Assembly: GCA_963793865.1 (NCBI GenBank)
Contig: CAWCBP010000008.1
Location: 160,001 to 224,000 of the forward strand
Length of the DNA stretch: 64,000 nucleotides
Direction of reading: 5' to 3'
Origin: an uncultured delta proteobacterium
GTDB taxonomy: Bacteria; Desulfobacterota; WTBG01
Of the stretch, positions 1-11,864 are shown one piece after another. The translations under genes and the position numbers were made by a program. Under the pieces are notes generated by a model, which did no database searches, was not told the DNA's origin, and was given only the letters and a program-made list of their open reading frames with translations. Positions within the stretch are counted from its first letter, which is position 1, and each line of letters begins with the position of its first letter.

Positions 1-682
1 GTCGACGATCCGCGCCACGCTGCGGGCGGTTAATCTGCCCCCGCGCAGATTCAGGAACAGGGGATCACCGGGGGAAACCGTTCCCCGGCGCCCTTTTGCC
101 TCCCGGTAGCGATGCACCGCATCGAGCGCCTTGCTCCCGATGGGGACAATCCGCTCCTTTTTACCCTTGCCCATGACCCTGATGATGCCCAGGTTGTCGT
201 CGAGGGCATCTTCGTTCATGCCCACCAGCTCGGAGACGCGCAGCCCGCTGGAGTAAAGGGTCTCCATGATGGCCTTGTCCCTCGCCCCCGCCAGCGTGGT
301 GTCATCGGGCATCTTCAGCAGGGCGAACACCTCATCGATGGAGAGAAATCCCGGCACGTGCTTTTCAAGCCGCGGGGTTGCCACCGCGGCCGCCGGATTG
401 CTCTCCATCAGGCCCTTGCGCAGCAGGAACTTAAAAAAGGTCCTCAGCGATGCCAGCTTGCGCGCAATGGAGGATTTTTTATTCTTTTTATAGAGCGTAC
501 CCATATAGGAGCGGATGGTAGCGCTCGTAATGGCTTTGACAGGTAAGGTCCGGGTGCTGCCGGCTGAGAAACTGCCGGAAGTGCCGCAGATCCCGGCTGT
601 AATTGCGCCGGGTGTGCGGCGAAAAATTTTTTTCCACGCTCATGTAGCGTTCAAATGCTTCCAGCAGGCTGTCCAAACTCAT
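1..682 (-). CDS. xerC: Tyrosine recombinase XerC; 3' end runs off the window; apparent frameshift near 541-546
   Basis: N-terminus EKNFSPHTRRNYSRDL is in one frame. After one extra base the next frame reads SSIARKLASLRTFFKFL...RDKAIMETLYSSGLRVSELV...GKGKKERIVPIG, which are Xer motifs. Confidence 0.85.
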
Positions 683-730
683 GGGACGCAAAGGAAAAAA
701 AGTATATATGAAATAGAGAAATAAGCAATG

Positions 731-757
731 AAAAAAGCCGCCTGCCGGGGCGGCGTT
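731..757 (-). terminator. Probable intrinsic terminator after the creatininase-family gene
   Basis: Minus strand gccgcc-ccggca-ggcggc hairpin followed by a T run. Confidence 0.5.
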
Positions 758-777
758 CTGACCGCTGCTGAGGCGTG

Positions 778-1500
778 CTATCCGGTGAAGGCGTCAATGC
801 GCTTAATAAGCCTGACCAGATTTTGGGTGAGCGTTTGGGCGATGATTTTGCCCTTGGGGGCGCTTGCCGGGGCCGGGTTTCCCCACACCGCGTTCTTCCA
901 GTATTTTCTCTTGTTCGTGGTCAGGATGGGGTGGGGAAAGCAGGGATATTCCTCTTTGCCCCTTCCCCTGACCAGGTGCGGGGAGAAGTGGAGCATGAGC
1001 GAGGTTTCAATCTCGCCGGCGTGGGAATCGTCCTCGGTTTCGCAGACCCCTCCCGCCGCCTCCCGCGCCATGTCGTACGCGGATATGACGGCGATGGTAA
1101 CCCGCGGCCCCATTTCCCCGAGCAGCGACTCGCCGGCCTCCTCCAGTGCGGAGAGGTGGAGCGAGCTGGCGTGGCCGGAGATGATGGCGAACTTTCTCAA
1201 GCCGTTGGCGTAGAGGCCCTTCACCACGTCCCTGACACACAGCCGCAGCGTGTCGGGTGCAATGCCGACCGTGCCCGGGTGCCTGCTGGTGCTCCGGCAG
1301 ACGCCATAGGGGAGCGGGGGGGCGACAAAGACGGGCATGGAACGTGCCACCCCCTTTGCTATCTCGTAGACTTCGGTGGTGTCGGTGCCCAGGGGCAGAT
1401 GGGGCCCGTGCGCTTCGAGGGAGCCGAAGGGGATGATCACCGTCCGGTGTTTTTTTATCTGCTGCTCGAACTCCTTCATGCTCATTTCTTCGAGAATCAT
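778..1500 (-). CDS. Creatininase / creatinine amidohydrolase family protein
   Basis: PFGSLEAHGPHLPLGTD, ISGH and HAGEIETS motifs. Confidence 0.9.
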   Translation of the reverse strand: MILEEMSMKEFEQQIKKHRTVIIPFGSLEAHGPHLPLGTDTTEVYEIAKGVARSMPVFVAPPLPYGVCRSTSRHPGTVGIAPDTLRLCVRDVVKGLYANGLRKFAIISGHASSLHLSALEEAGESLLGEMGPRVTIAVISAYDMAREAAGGVCETEDDSHAGEIETSLMLHFSPHLVRGRGKEEYPCFPHPILTTNKRKYWKNAVWGNPAPASAPKGKIIAQTLTQNLVRLIKRIDAFTG

Positions 1501-1508
1501 GAAGACTC

Positions 1509-1668
1509 CTAACGGGTTATTGAAAAGTAGTTTTTCTCAGGCTGTTCAAAAACATTCAGATGCAAGGCACGCGAAATCCTGAGGAATGAGGCGTACTTTT
1601 ATGTACGTCGCAATGACAAAGGATGAGCGTGTAACGCAGGGGATGGGTGTTTTTCAACAGCCTGTTAG
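1509..1668 (-). mobile_element. MITE-like ~160 bp element, copy 1 (reverse orientation)
   Basis: Reverse complement of the copies at 16136 and 38964; ends in ttttcaacagcctgttag. Confidence 0.8.
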
Positions 1669-1771
1669 TTCTGGACAATCGCTGCCGCTTCCACTATGAT
1701 TTTTTGCAGCGTTCTCATGACAAACCCTCCTCCGCGCCCGACCGATCGGGCTGTCGCGCGCCGGTTCCATC

Positions 1772-2635
1772 ATGATAGATTTGCATATTCATACCACAGC
1801 CAGCTCGGATGGTCAACACACACCTCAGCAGATTTTCGACATGGCCGGTGCCGCGGGCCTACGCGCCATTGCCTTTGCCGACCACAATTCCGTGGGGAGC
1901 ATTGCGGCGGGCATCTCCCTGGCGGAACGCACCGGCATTGAGTTCATACCCTGCCTTGAATTCAACACCATCCACCGGGAGATGGACCTGCATATATTAG
2001 CCTACTTCATTGATTATACGAGCCAGCGGCTCACGTTGTGGCTTAAGGAAATCCACCAAGAAAAGAAGAGACAGGCAGGGATGCGGGTCAGGAAATTGAA
2101 TGAGCTGGGATTTGTCTTCACCACGCAGGACGTGGAAAAATTCGCCGCGGGCCGCGAGCCCACGGGCATCTCCTATCTCAAGGCCATCATCAGCCGGGAG
2201 GAAAACCGGGGGGATGTGCGGATTCAGCGCTTCATCGACGGCGACCGTTCGGATTCGCCGTATCTCAATTTTTACCGTGACTATTTGCGCGGGGGAAAAC
2301 CGGCGTTTGTGCCTCTGCAGTCGGTTGACACCTTTGCAGTGATGCGCGGGATAAAGGAGCTGGGGGGCATTCCCGTTCTTGCCCATCCCTCGGACACCGG
2401 AGAGGAGGTCATAATAGCTCTGGTCGAAGGGGGTCTGTCAGGCCTGGAGGTGTTTTCCAGCTACCACACCGCGGAAGAGGAGGAACATTTTCTCGCCATC
2501 GCCAGGGAGCATGACCTGGTGGTTACCGCCGGCTCCGATTTTCACGGCGCCGCGGTAAAGCCCAACGTTTCCCTCGGCGACGTCAGGGGCAACAGCTACG
2601 AGCTGGTTGAAAAGCTGAAACGTGCCAGGCCCTGA
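1772..2635 (+). CDS. PHP-domain metal-dependent phosphoesterase (TrpH/YciV-like)
   Basis: DLHIHTTASSDG, AFADHN, VLAHP and AGSDFHG motifs. Confidence 0.9.
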   Translation: MIDLHIHTTASSDGQHTPQQIFDMAGAAGLRAIAFADHNSVGSIAAGISLAERTGIEFIPCLEFNTIHREMDLHILAYFIDYTSQRLTLWLKEIHQEKKRQAGMRVRKLNELGFVFTTQDVEKFAAGREPTGISYLKAIISREENRGDVRIQRFIDGDRSDSPYLNFYRDYLRGGKPAFVPLQSVDTFAVMRGIKELGGIPVLAHPSDTGEEVIIALVEGGLSGLEVFSSYHTAEEEEHFLAIAREHDLVVTAGSDFHGAAVKPNVSLGDVRGNSYELVEKLKRARP

Positions 2636-2643
2636 TATGGAAA

Positions 2644-2964
2644 CTAGAGGCCGCTTCCCTGCGGGGCATCGCCCGGCGCCGGGGGAGTTGTGCCGTCCTT
2701 GGGTTTTATCTGGCCGTCCTTGGTGCGAAGGTCTTTTTTAAGCCGCTTCACCTCCCTTTTAAGGGAAAACCTGTCCAGCAGGTTCACCAGGCTGCCCAGG
2801 ATAACGCCGGCCAGAAACGATGCGAGGATCAGGAGCGAGACGGGCACCGGTCTCAGCTGCAGATTTAAGAAGCTGAGCTGGATGCTCTGGACGTTTGACA
2901 GCGCGAAAATAACAAAGAACAGGGTGGCGGTGACAAAAAAGACGGTGTTGAAAAATTTTCTCAT
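2644..2964 (-). CDS. LapA (DUF1049) family membrane protein
   Basis: Two hydrophobic segments around FALSN..., followed by a basic coiled-coil tail. Confidence 0.7.
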   Translation of the reverse strand: MRKFFNTVFFVTATLFFVIFALSNVQSIQLSFLNLQLRPVPVSLLILASFLAGVILGSLVNLLDRFSLKREVKRLKKDLRTKDGQIKPKDGTTPPAPGDAPQGSGL

Positions 2965-3024
2965 AGTGGGCTCCCCCTATAACCAGGCTGCATTATGTGG
3001 ATGTAATCGTCTTCGTTGAGAATC

Positions 3025-3157
3025 GGGATACACGATGCATGATGCATGATACATGATGCAGGAAAACATCTTCTAACGTGTAACCTGCAACTTGTAGCAT
3101 CCACCTTGATGCTGGATGCTGGATTCCGGGTACTGAATTCTGAATACTGAATTCTGG
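3025..3157. repeat. Degenerate heptamer tandem repeats (atgatgc/atgatac, gatgctg, aattctg)
   Basis: 7-bp periodic units visible in intergenic DNA. Confidence 0.75.
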
Positions 3158-3180
3158 GTACGGACTTCTCGTTCCGGCCC

Positions 3181-4479
3181 CTATTCTTCACGCAACTGTG
3201 TGCCCGGTTCCCTTGTTTCCCCGCCCTCGGACGGCGCTTTTAGCCGATCCACGGTAATGCCTACCTCGCCGATCGACCGTTCATCGGAACTCAAAATGGT
3301 AAAGGTCAGGGTGCCGTATTTCAAGACCTCCCCCGGCTGTGGTATGTGACCGAGCCGGTCCAGGAGAAATCCCCCCACGGTTTCAAAGTCTCCTTCCGGA
3401 AGGGTAATTGCAAACATCTCCTCCAGCTGTCCTTTTTCCATGCGCGAGCGTATGATGTACTTGTTCCTGCCTGCTTTCCGGCAAAACGGCTGCTCGGCAT
3501 CATATTCATCCTGGATTTCGCCCACGATTTCTTCAAGGATGTCTTCGATGGTTATGATGCCGACGGTGCCGCCATATTCGTCCACAACGATGGAGAGGTG
3601 GTTTCTCTTTTTCTGCATTTCGATCAGCAGGCCGTCAAGGGGCTTGGTTTCGGGCACATAGGGCGCGCGGCGTATGAGGGGGCGGATGGACCCGTCCAGC
3701 GGCAGGGATTCCAAGAGGTCAAAGCTGTTGATGATGCCGATGAGATTATCGGTGCGTTCGTGATAGACCGGAATGCGGGAATACCCTTTCGCCTCAAGAA
3801 AGGCTATCGCCTCCCCGACGGAGGCGGTGTCTTCAATGGTGGCTATGTCGATGAGCGGAATCATGGCCTCTTTGACCACAGTGCGCGAAAAATCGAACAG
3901 GCGCTCGATCATGGTCACCTCTTCAGCGGTTAAATCGCTGCCGCCCTTGCTCATTTTGACAATCAGCCGCAGCTCCTCCCGGGTCACGAAAGGAATGTGG
4001 GGCGATTTGCGCGCGCCGGTTATGTAAATGACGAAATTGCTTATCTTGGTCACCAGAAAAACCAGGGGGTAAAAGAGGCAGGAGGCAAGCCAGATGGGAT
4101 AAGAGACCACGGGTGCGATGGCATTGGCGTACTGCTGAAAAAGGATCTTGGGGATGATCTCGCCGAAGATGAGCAGGATGGGGGAGAGCACCAGCACCGC
4201 ATACAGTTCACCATGATCCGGGAAGAGGGTGAGGAAGAACGATGTCAGCAGGGTGGCGTTGGTTACCACCGAAAGGTTGGTTCCGAACAGGGTCGTGGCC
4301 AGCATGCGCTCCCGGTTTTGCAGCAGCTTCAGCGTCAGGCCGGTGCGGCCCGGCCGGCTGCCCGGTGATTTTTTAATTTTTTTCGGGCTGGCCGCCAGCA
4401 AGGCAATCTCGGAGCCGGAAAAAAATATTTCGGCAGCGAGGCACACGGCACAGATGGTGAGATAAAAAATGGTGTCCAT
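3181..4479 (-). CDS. CNNM/CorB-like protein (DUF21 + CBS pair + CorC_HlyC domain)
   Basis: [59 protein letters not shown]. Confidence 0.9.
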   Translation of the reverse strand: MDTIFYLTICAVCLAAEIFFSGSEIALLAASPKKIKKSPGSRPGRTGLTLKLLQNRERMLATTLFGTNLSVVTNATLLTSFFLTLFPDHGELYAVLVLSPILLIFGEIIPKILFQQYANAIAPVVSYPIWLASCLFYPLVFLVTKISNFVIYITGARKSPHIPFVTREELRLIVKMSKGGSDLTAEEVTMIERLFDFSRTVVKEAMIPLIDIATIEDTASVGEAIAFLEAKGYSRIPVYHERTDNLIGIINSFDLLESLPLDGSIRPLIRRAPYVPETKPLDGLLIEMQKKRNHLSIVVDEYGGTVGIITIEDILEEIVGEIQDEYDAEQPFCRKAGRNKYIIRSRMEKGQLEEMFAITLPEGDFETVGGFLLDRLGHIPQPGEVLKYGTLTFTILSSDERSIGEVGITVDRLKAPSEGGETREPGTQLREE

Positions 4480-4509
4480 AAGGGTTTTCTTTGTTACTCC
4501 CTGCGCCAG

Positions 4510-5511
4510 CTAATCGAATTCATCATATATCTCACCGAACAGTTCCTCGAGCATGTCCTCCATGGTGACCAGCCCTATGCATTGTCCGGAGCTGTCGGCA
4601 ACCAGGGCGAGATGTATTTTCCCCGCCTGAAATTCCTTGAGTAAAACCTGTATTCTTTTGTCGGGTGAGGTGAAGTAGGGGGGACGGATGATGTCCGCTG
4701 CCGTGGTAATGGTGCGATCGCCCTTGGCGGCCACGGTGGTGAGATCCTTGGCATTGAGTATCCCGATGAAGGCATTCTTCCTCTGGCTGTATACCGGCAC
4801 CCGGGAAAAGTGCTGATCTTTTACCCGGGCAATGACCTGGTCGAGGGGCAGATCGTCGGGCAGAATGAACATTTTTGAGCGGGGGGTCATGATGGAGGAA
4901 ACCACGGTGTCATTGAATTTAAGTATCTTGTGAATGAGCGCGTACTCTTCCTTTTTAAGAACCCCCTCCCGGTGTCCCGCGTCCACCAGGTCCTTGAACT
5001 CCTTTTCATAAAAGATGCTTTCACTTTTCCCCTGAGAAGCCCCCACCAGGTAGAGCACCGCATCCACCAGCTTTTTGAGAATCCAGCGCAGGGGGAAAAT
5101 GAGTCGCGCGAAAAAATCCACCGGTTTGGCGACCAGGGTGGCAACGATTTCGCTATGGGTAACGGCGATGGTTTTGGGGAGGACCTCACCAAAGAGAAAA
5201 ATGATCGGGGTCATGACCGCTATGGACATCCAATTGCCCTCAATGCCCGCCACCGAAATAAAGAGAGAAGCGGCAACCGCCGAAGCCGCTATGTTGATGA
5301 TGTCGTTTCCCGCTAGCAGGGAAATGATCAGCCGCCGCGGGTGCCGGAGCAGTTCATCGATCAGGGAAGCACGCGGGTGGCGAGATTCCTTGAGTTTGAA
5401 CAGCTTGATCGATCCCAGGGAAAAGAGGGCGGTTTCGGATCCCGAGAAGAATGCGGAAAAGCAGAGCAGAACGAAAATGAGGATGATTTTGAAGAGAACT
5501 GTGGGTTCCAA
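4510..5511 (-). CDS. CNNM/CorB-like protein (DUF21 + CBS pair, no C-terminal CorC domain)
   Basis: SAFFSGSETALFSL, FGEVLPK, HFSRVPVY; ends at GEIYDEFD. Confidence 0.88.
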   Translation of the reverse strand: MEPTVLFKIILIFVLLCFSAFFSGSETALFSLGSIKLFKLKESRHPRASLIDELLRHPRRLIISLLAGNDIINIAASAVAASLFISVAGIEGNWMSIAVMTPIIFLFGEVLPKTIAVTHSEIVATLVAKPVDFFARLIFPLRWILKKLVDAVLYLVGASQGKSESIFYEKEFKDLVDAGHREGVLKKEEYALIHKILKFNDTVVSSIMTPRSKMFILPDDLPLDQVIARVKDQHFSRVPVYSQRKNAFIGILNAKDLTTVAAKGDRTITTAADIIRPPYFTSPDKRIQVLLKEFQAGKIHLALVADSSGQCIGLVTMEDMLEELFGEIYDEFD

Positions 5512-5579
5512 GTCGATTGGGTGCTGTGATGATAGTTGGGGGGTTCCGATTACCGAACCTGCCGAAATGAGATAGGTGT

Positions 5580-5608
5580 ATGATAGTGGGTTGGGGCTAA
5601 AAAGTCAA
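5580..5608 (-). promoter_or_regulatory. Candidate sigma70 promoter for the CNNM pair
   Basis: TTGACT-17 nt-TATCAT on the minus strand. Confidence 0.5.
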
Positions 5609-5623
5609 TAAACTTAATGAAAA

Positions 5624-5745
5624 GATGCAGGATACATGATGCATGATACACGATGCAGAAAAAAAGCAAGATTCCTCACGTTCGTTCGGAATGACATTCT
5701 TCCCCGGTACCAAAATGTAGGGGCGACCGGCCGGTCGCCCCTACA
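5624..5745. repeat. Composite repeat cluster: heptamer run, TGTCAT-type REP half element and GTAG REP
   Basis: gatgcag/gatacat units at 5624-5658; agattcctcacgttcgttcggaatgaca at 5669-5696; tgtaggggcgaccggccggtcgcccctaca palindrome at 5716-5745. Confidence 0.7.
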
Positions 5746-5794
5746 TTTTTTCGTGTTACCCACTGCTGGTTGATTGTGAAAACCTTTGTATGCC

Positions 5795-6172
5795 CTAACT
5801 CTTCCACAGGCCGTGCAGGTTGCAGTAGGCGCGCGCGGTGATAACATCACCCTCCACGTTAAAGGTTGCTTCAGGCTTTCCTCCGGGCTTTAAATAGGCG
5901 CGGTAAAGTTTATCCGCCGACGTGGATACGCCGATGACCTCAATGTAGTGCTTCTCCTCCATGGGGTGCGGCACCGAACCGACCGTTACCTTCACCGTGC
6001 TGTCCTGCTTGGTGACAACGGGAACATGCTTTTCCACCGATGCGTCGGTGGTGTTCGCCTTGAGCAGCACCATATCCGCTCCGCAGCATACAAGCTTTCC
6101 CGCCGCGCCGTGAATCACCCCGACTATGTTGCCACATACTTCGCATTTGTAGATATCATCTCTCTGTGCCAT
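5795..6172 (-). CDS. dfx: Desulfoferrodoxin (class I superoxide reductase)
   Basis: CEVCGN...CCG centre [16 protein letters not shown] and CNLHG centre II. Confidence 0.95.
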   Translation of the reverse strand: MAQRDDIYKCEVCGNIVGVIHGAAGKLVCCGADMVLLKANTTDASVEKHVPVVTKQDSTVKVTVGSVPHPMEEKHYIEVIGVSTSADKLYRAYLKPGGKPEATFNVEGDVITARAYCNLHGLWKS

Positions 6173-6438
6173 CGTCGTTCCTCCTCCTTCATGTTTGGTT
6201 TATATATATTTCATGATTTGCATTGCGCAATATGTCTCCATCTTCATCATAGTAATAACTTTTTTAAGTGCGGGATGTCAAGTGCGAAGGCTGTTTTATG
6301 AATTGACGGTTGCAGGACGCTAATAGAGCTTGATTTTTGGGGAAATTACTCTATTGTTACCCGTGATGCCTGTTCCCGGTCAGCGGGTGACGGCGGACAG
6401 GACCAAAGCATTACCGGGAATGCGCACAAGGAGAACAA

Positions 6439-7935
6439 ATGAAAAAAAGGGGCAGCGGCATCTTACTGCCTATTACCTCATTACCTGCTCAGTACGGCAT
6501 CGGTGACCTGGGACCGGCCGCCTATGAGTTTGCCGATTTTCTGGCCGGGGCCCGGCAGCGGTACTGGCAGATCCTTCCGCTCAACCCCGTCGATCCCGCC
6601 TTCGGCAGCTCGCCCTACCACAGCATCTCCGCCTTCGCCGGCAACGTGTATCTCATCAGCCCGGATCGTCTGATTGAGGCGGGGCTGCTGACCCGGGACG
6701 ACCTTGATCCTCTTCCCGCATTTCCCGGTGACGCAGTGGACTATCACGCAGTGATTAAATATAAAAGCCGGCTCTTCCGAAAGGCCTACGGACGGTTCGT
6801 CCCGGGCGGCAACAAAGGCTATGAGCAGTTCTGCGACCGCCATAAACACTGGCTGGATGATTTTTCTCTCTTTGTCACCCTCAAGTCGCATTTCGGCGGC
6901 GGGGTGTGGAGCGAATGGCCTGCCGATCTGCGAGACCGGAATGCTTCCGCCATGCAGAAGGCGGCAAAACAGTTCGCTGACCAGACAGGGTACGAAAAAT
7001 TTTTGCAATACCTGTTTTTCACCCAGTGGGCTGACCTGAAGAGCCATTGCAACAAACGGGGGATATCTTTCTTCGGTGACATGCCCATTTACGTTGACTA
7101 TGACAGCGCTGATGTGTGGGAGTTTCCCGAAATGTTCAAGCTTGACGGGGCAAAGCGGCCGAGGGCGGTGGCAGGTGTTCCTCCCGACTATTTCAGCGAG
7201 ACCGGGCAGCGCTGGGGAAATCCCCTGTATCGGTGGGATGTGCTCAGGCAAAGCGGCTATGACTGGTGGATGCGCAGGATGGCCCACAACCTGGATCTCT
7301 TTGACATGGTGCGCATCGATCATTTTCGCGGTTTTGTCGGCTACTGGGAGATACCGGCGGACAAGAAAACCGCCATCGAGGGCACGTGGGTTGAGGCACC
7401 GGCTGAGGACTTTTTCAGCGTGCTTACCGCGCGTTTTCCGGAAGCTCCCATTGTTGCGGAGGACCTTGGCATAATCACCCCGGACGTAAAGGAGATGATG
7501 GACCGCTTCGCGTTTCCCGGCATGAAGGTGTTGCTCTTTGCCTTCGATGATGAACAGGGGGCCAATCCCTATCTTCCCCACAATCACGTGGAAAACTGCG
7601 TGCTCTACACCGGCACCCATGACAACAACACCGCCCGGGGGTGGTTTACCGGCGAGGCTTCGCCTGAAGTGAAAAGAAATTTATTCCGTTATCTGGGAAG
7701 GGAACCGGAGGCGGACACGGTCCACTGGGAGCTGATACGGTTGGCCATGATGTCGGTGGCGAAAACGGTGATCATACCCCTGCAGGACGTGCTGGGACTC
7801 GGGGAAGATGCGCGCATGAACCGGCCCTCGGTGACGAATGGGAACTGGAAATGGAGGGTATTGCCCGAGCAGCTTACACCGCGCATCGCAACGGTGCTGG
7901 CGGAAATGGCCACCATCTACGGGAGAACGAAGTGA
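6439..7935 (+). CDS. malQ: 4-alpha-glucanotransferase (amylomaltase, GH77)
   Basis: WQILPLNP, AGVPPDYFSETGQRWGNPLY, RIDHFRGF, AEDLG, YTGTHDN. Confidence 0.97.
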   Translation: MKKRGSGILLPITSLPAQYGIGDLGPAAYEFADFLAGARQRYWQILPLNPVDPAFGSSPYHSISAFAGNVYLISPDRLIEAGLLTRDDLDPLPAFPGDAVDYHAVIKYKSRLFRKAYGRFVPGGNKGYEQFCDRHKHWLDDFSLFVTLKSHFGGGVWSEWPADLRDRNASAMQKAAKQFADQTGYEKFLQYLFFTQWADLKSHCNKRGISFFGDMPIYVDYDSADVWEFPEMFKLDGAKRPRAVAGVPPDYFSETGQRWGNPLYRWDVLRQSGYDWWMRRMAHNLDLFDMVRIDHFRGFVGYWEIPADKKTAIEGTWVEAPAEDFFSVLTARFPEAPIVAEDLGIITPDVKEMMDRFAFPGMKVLLFAFDDEQGANPYLPHNHVENCVLYTGTHDNNTARGWFTGEASPEVKRNLFRYLGREPEADTVHWELIRLAMMSVAKTVIIPLQDVLGLGEDARMNRPSVTNGNWKWRVLPEQLTPRIATVLAEMATIYGRTK

Positions 7936-7998
7936 GCGATGACGAGGGGTATAGCGGCTTATTAAAATGAAGCAAACTGCTCAGTTTTGTCCAAAAAC

Positions 7999-8123
7999 GA
8001 GATTCTTCGCGTTGCTCAGAATGACAAGCGAATGGCTCGCAATAACGAATTAATATAGTCATTGCGAGCGTTAGCGAAGCAATCCCATAAGATTGCCGCG
8101 TCGCTTACGCTCCTCGCAATGAC
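7999..8123. repeat. GTCAT-tagged REP-like palindromes
   Basis: gagattcttcgcgttgctcagaatgaca, and gtcattgcgag...ctcgcaatgac (8058-8123), between convergent genes. Confidence 0.7.
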
Positions 8124-8162
8124 TGTTTATTTTGTTGTTTACTATAGTTTTTACCAGGTTTG

Positions 8163-9620
8163 CTAATCGCCTGCGCCGCCGGCCGCCTTCGAACGGAAAT
8201 CCTCCTTGCGCAGCCCGAGGCGCCGCATTTTATCAAAGAGTGACCGCGGCTGGATGCCCGCCTTCTTGGCCGTTTTGCCCACCCTTCCGCTGTTCAGATG
8301 CAGCAGCCCCATCAGGTAGCTCCGTTCAAACCATTCCAGCATTTCCCTGCGAGCCTCATGCAGCGGCTTTTGCAGCCACACCTCGGGGAGATTTCCTCCC
8401 TCACGCGAGAAAGCCAGGGACATGGGGTGGGGCTGCGCCGGCTCATCGATGTTGCTGATGGCGGTGGGCAGGTCCTCCAGGGTGATCATGGTGCCGTTGC
8501 AGAGCAGCATGGCGCGCTCGATGACGTTGATCAGCTCGCGCACGTTGCCCGGCCACGCGTAGGCGCAGAGGGCGTCCAGCGCCTCCTGGGTGATGCTGTA
8601 TATCTCCCGGCCGATGCGTGGGCGGAGGTAGTGGATGTAGCTCTCCACCAGGACGGGTATGTCGTCGCACCGGTCCCGCAGGGGCGGGATCTTCAGCGCC
8701 ATGACGCTGAGACGGTAAAACAGGTCTTTTCGAAAGTACTGCGATTGCACTTCCTTATCCAGGTCGCGGTTGGTGGCGGCCATGACCCGCACGTCCACCT
8801 TGAACGATTTCTCGCTTCCCACCCGCTGTATTTCATGCTCCTGCAGCACGTGGAGCAGCTTCACCTGGAGCTGGTTGGGCAGCTCGCCGATTTCATCCAG
8901 AAAAATGGTCCCCCGGTGCGCCAGCTCGAACCATCCCCGCCGGGAGCGTATGGCCCCGGTGAAGGCGCCTTCCTCATGTCCGTAGAGCTCGCTTTCCAGA
9001 AGGGTTTCCGGCAGCGCGCCGCAATTGACGGTGATGAACGGGCCCTTGGACCGCGGGCCTTCCGCGTGGATGGCCCGCGCCAGCCGCTCCTTGCCGACCC
9101 CGGTTTCACCGAGAACGAGCAGCGGAACGTCGCTTGGCACCACACGCCGCACAATGTTCATGAAGGTCTGCATGGCGGGGCTGGTGGAAACGAAATCAGT
9201 AAGGCGGGGCTGGGCGAGAGGGCGCACGGCGGAGAGCGTCTTTTGCTGCAGCGCTGACCGCTTGGCAATGATGGCGGTGATGACTTTCTGCAGCCGCGCG
9301 TCGGATAAGCCAGCGTGCACCACTGCGTCGCAGCCTGCCGCGATAAACTGGGCCTGCTCTTCGGGATCCTTCCGGTCGGAGATGATGATGACCCCCGGGG
9401 CGTCAGGGAGCTGCTGGAAGAGGTTGATGGTATCAAAAACCGGTTCGGGTATGAAGGACTGGCTGATAATGATCAGGTCGCTGCTCTCGCGGGAGATGCG
9501 TTCCAGGAGATGGGATTTTTTGCTGACGGTTTCCACCATGACATCGTGCTGCGATATGAGCGAATGAAGACGGCGCTGCAGCTTCTTCGTGTCGGTGGCC
9601 AAGATGATCCTGGTTAACAT
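8163..9620 (-). CDS. Sigma54-dependent enhancer-binding protein with atypical receiver domain
   Basis: GETGVGKE, ESELYGHEEGAFTGA, FLDEIGE, WPGNVREL and a C-terminal Fis-type HTH. Confidence 0.93.
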   Translation of the reverse strand: MLTRIILATDTKKLQRRLHSLISQHDVMVETVSKKSHLLERISRESSDLIIISQSFIPEPVFDTINLFQQLPDAPGVIIISDRKDPEEQAQFIAAGCDAVVHAGLSDARLQKVITAIIAKRSALQQKTLSAVRPLAQPRLTDFVSTSPAMQTFMNIVRRVVPSDVPLLVLGETGVGKERLARAIHAEGPRSKGPFITVNCGALPETLLESELYGHEEGAFTGAIRSRRGWFELAHRGTIFLDEIGELPNQLQVKLLHVLQEHEIQRVGSEKSFKVDVRVMAATNRDLDKEVQSQYFRKDLFYRLSVMALKIPPLRDRCDDIPVLVESYIHYLRPRIGREIYSITQEALDALCAYAWPGNVRELINVIERAMLLCNGTMITLEDLPTAISNIDEPAQPHPMSLAFSREGGNLPEVWLQKPLHEARREMLEWFERSYLMGLLHLNSGRVGKTAKKAGIQPRSLFDKMRRLGLRKEDFRSKAAGGAGD

Positions 9621-9654
9621 CGGTTTTCAGACCTCTTAAATTTATGATGCGGTC

Positions 9655-9683
9655 TTTATAGCTCCGGTTTTATCGGATGTCAA
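9655..9683 (-). promoter_or_regulatory. Candidate sigma70 promoter of the EBP gene
   Basis: TTGACA-17 nt-TATAAA on the minus strand. Confidence 0.55.
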
Positions 9684-9788
9684 GGCTCTTATATTATTGC
9701 AAGCAGCTCATCAGCCACAATCCGCCGAAAAGATAAACCGGTACATTTTTCGCTACCTTGCCGCATATCCGCTCATCGTCGCCTGCAT

Positions 9789-9804
9789 TGGCACAATGGT
9801 TGCT
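9789..9804 (+). promoter_or_regulatory. Sigma54 (-24/-12) promoter upstream of the RpoD-like gene
   Basis: TGGCAC-AATGG-TTGCT is an exact match to TGGCAC-N5-TTGCW. Confidence 0.8.
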
Positions 9805-9949
9805 CTCCTGTAATTGAGGTTTTAAGATTTGGAAAGGGCGAGTGGCCGTGTTTCAGGTGCCCCTTTCTGTGGATGCCTGACGTTGACAGGCAAGGGTTGC
9901 ATGAAGCCCTGTGAAGGGTAACTCCATATGTGAGGGGGAGAAAGCGAAC

Positions 9950-11563
<1,614 letters not shown>

Positions 11564-11680
11564 CGGTTCAGCGTGCAAGCAATCAGGCGTGCGGCCGATG
11601 CCGGGCAGGATAACGCGGGGGCGGGATGATCGGCAAGGCGGCGGGAAGTGCCGCGAGGTCATGCCGCCAGAGGACAGCAT

Positions 11681-11815
11681 ATGAAAAAGGTGAAGGACAG
11701 GAAGAAAAGAGACAAGGAAAAGAAGCCGGTCCAGGTCAAAGAGGATGGCAGGCTCGATAAGGCTAAAATATCCACCATACCCAGTTACACCCCCGGAGAA
11801 CTCCCGAAACGATAA
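11681..11815 (+). CDS. Small Lys-rich hypothetical protein (44 aa)
   Basis: GAGGA before the ATG; MKKVKDRKKRDKEKKPVQ...; below the ORF-track cutoff. Confidence 0.35.
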   Translation: MKKVKDRKKRDKEKKPVQVKEDGRLDKAKISTIPSYTPGELPKR

Positions 11816-11864
11816 CGGGCGGTGATGAACCTGCCGCAGCTATGCGGCGTGGGGTGATAGCGAT

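Noticed and set aside
112..546. Long antisense and alternative-frame ORFs (also 775-1512, 6481-7620, 8298-9257, 10466-11680, 41896-42915, 58145-59188)
   Set aside because: Shadow ORFs of well-supported genes in GC-rich DNA, with no motifs of their own.
778..1500. Mycofactocin MftE assignment for the creatininase-family gene
   Set aside because: No mftA precursor or radical SAM gene nearby.
6245..6270. PerR/Fur box upstream of dfx (atagtaataact)
   Set aside because: Only a half-site match; the palindrome is not completed.
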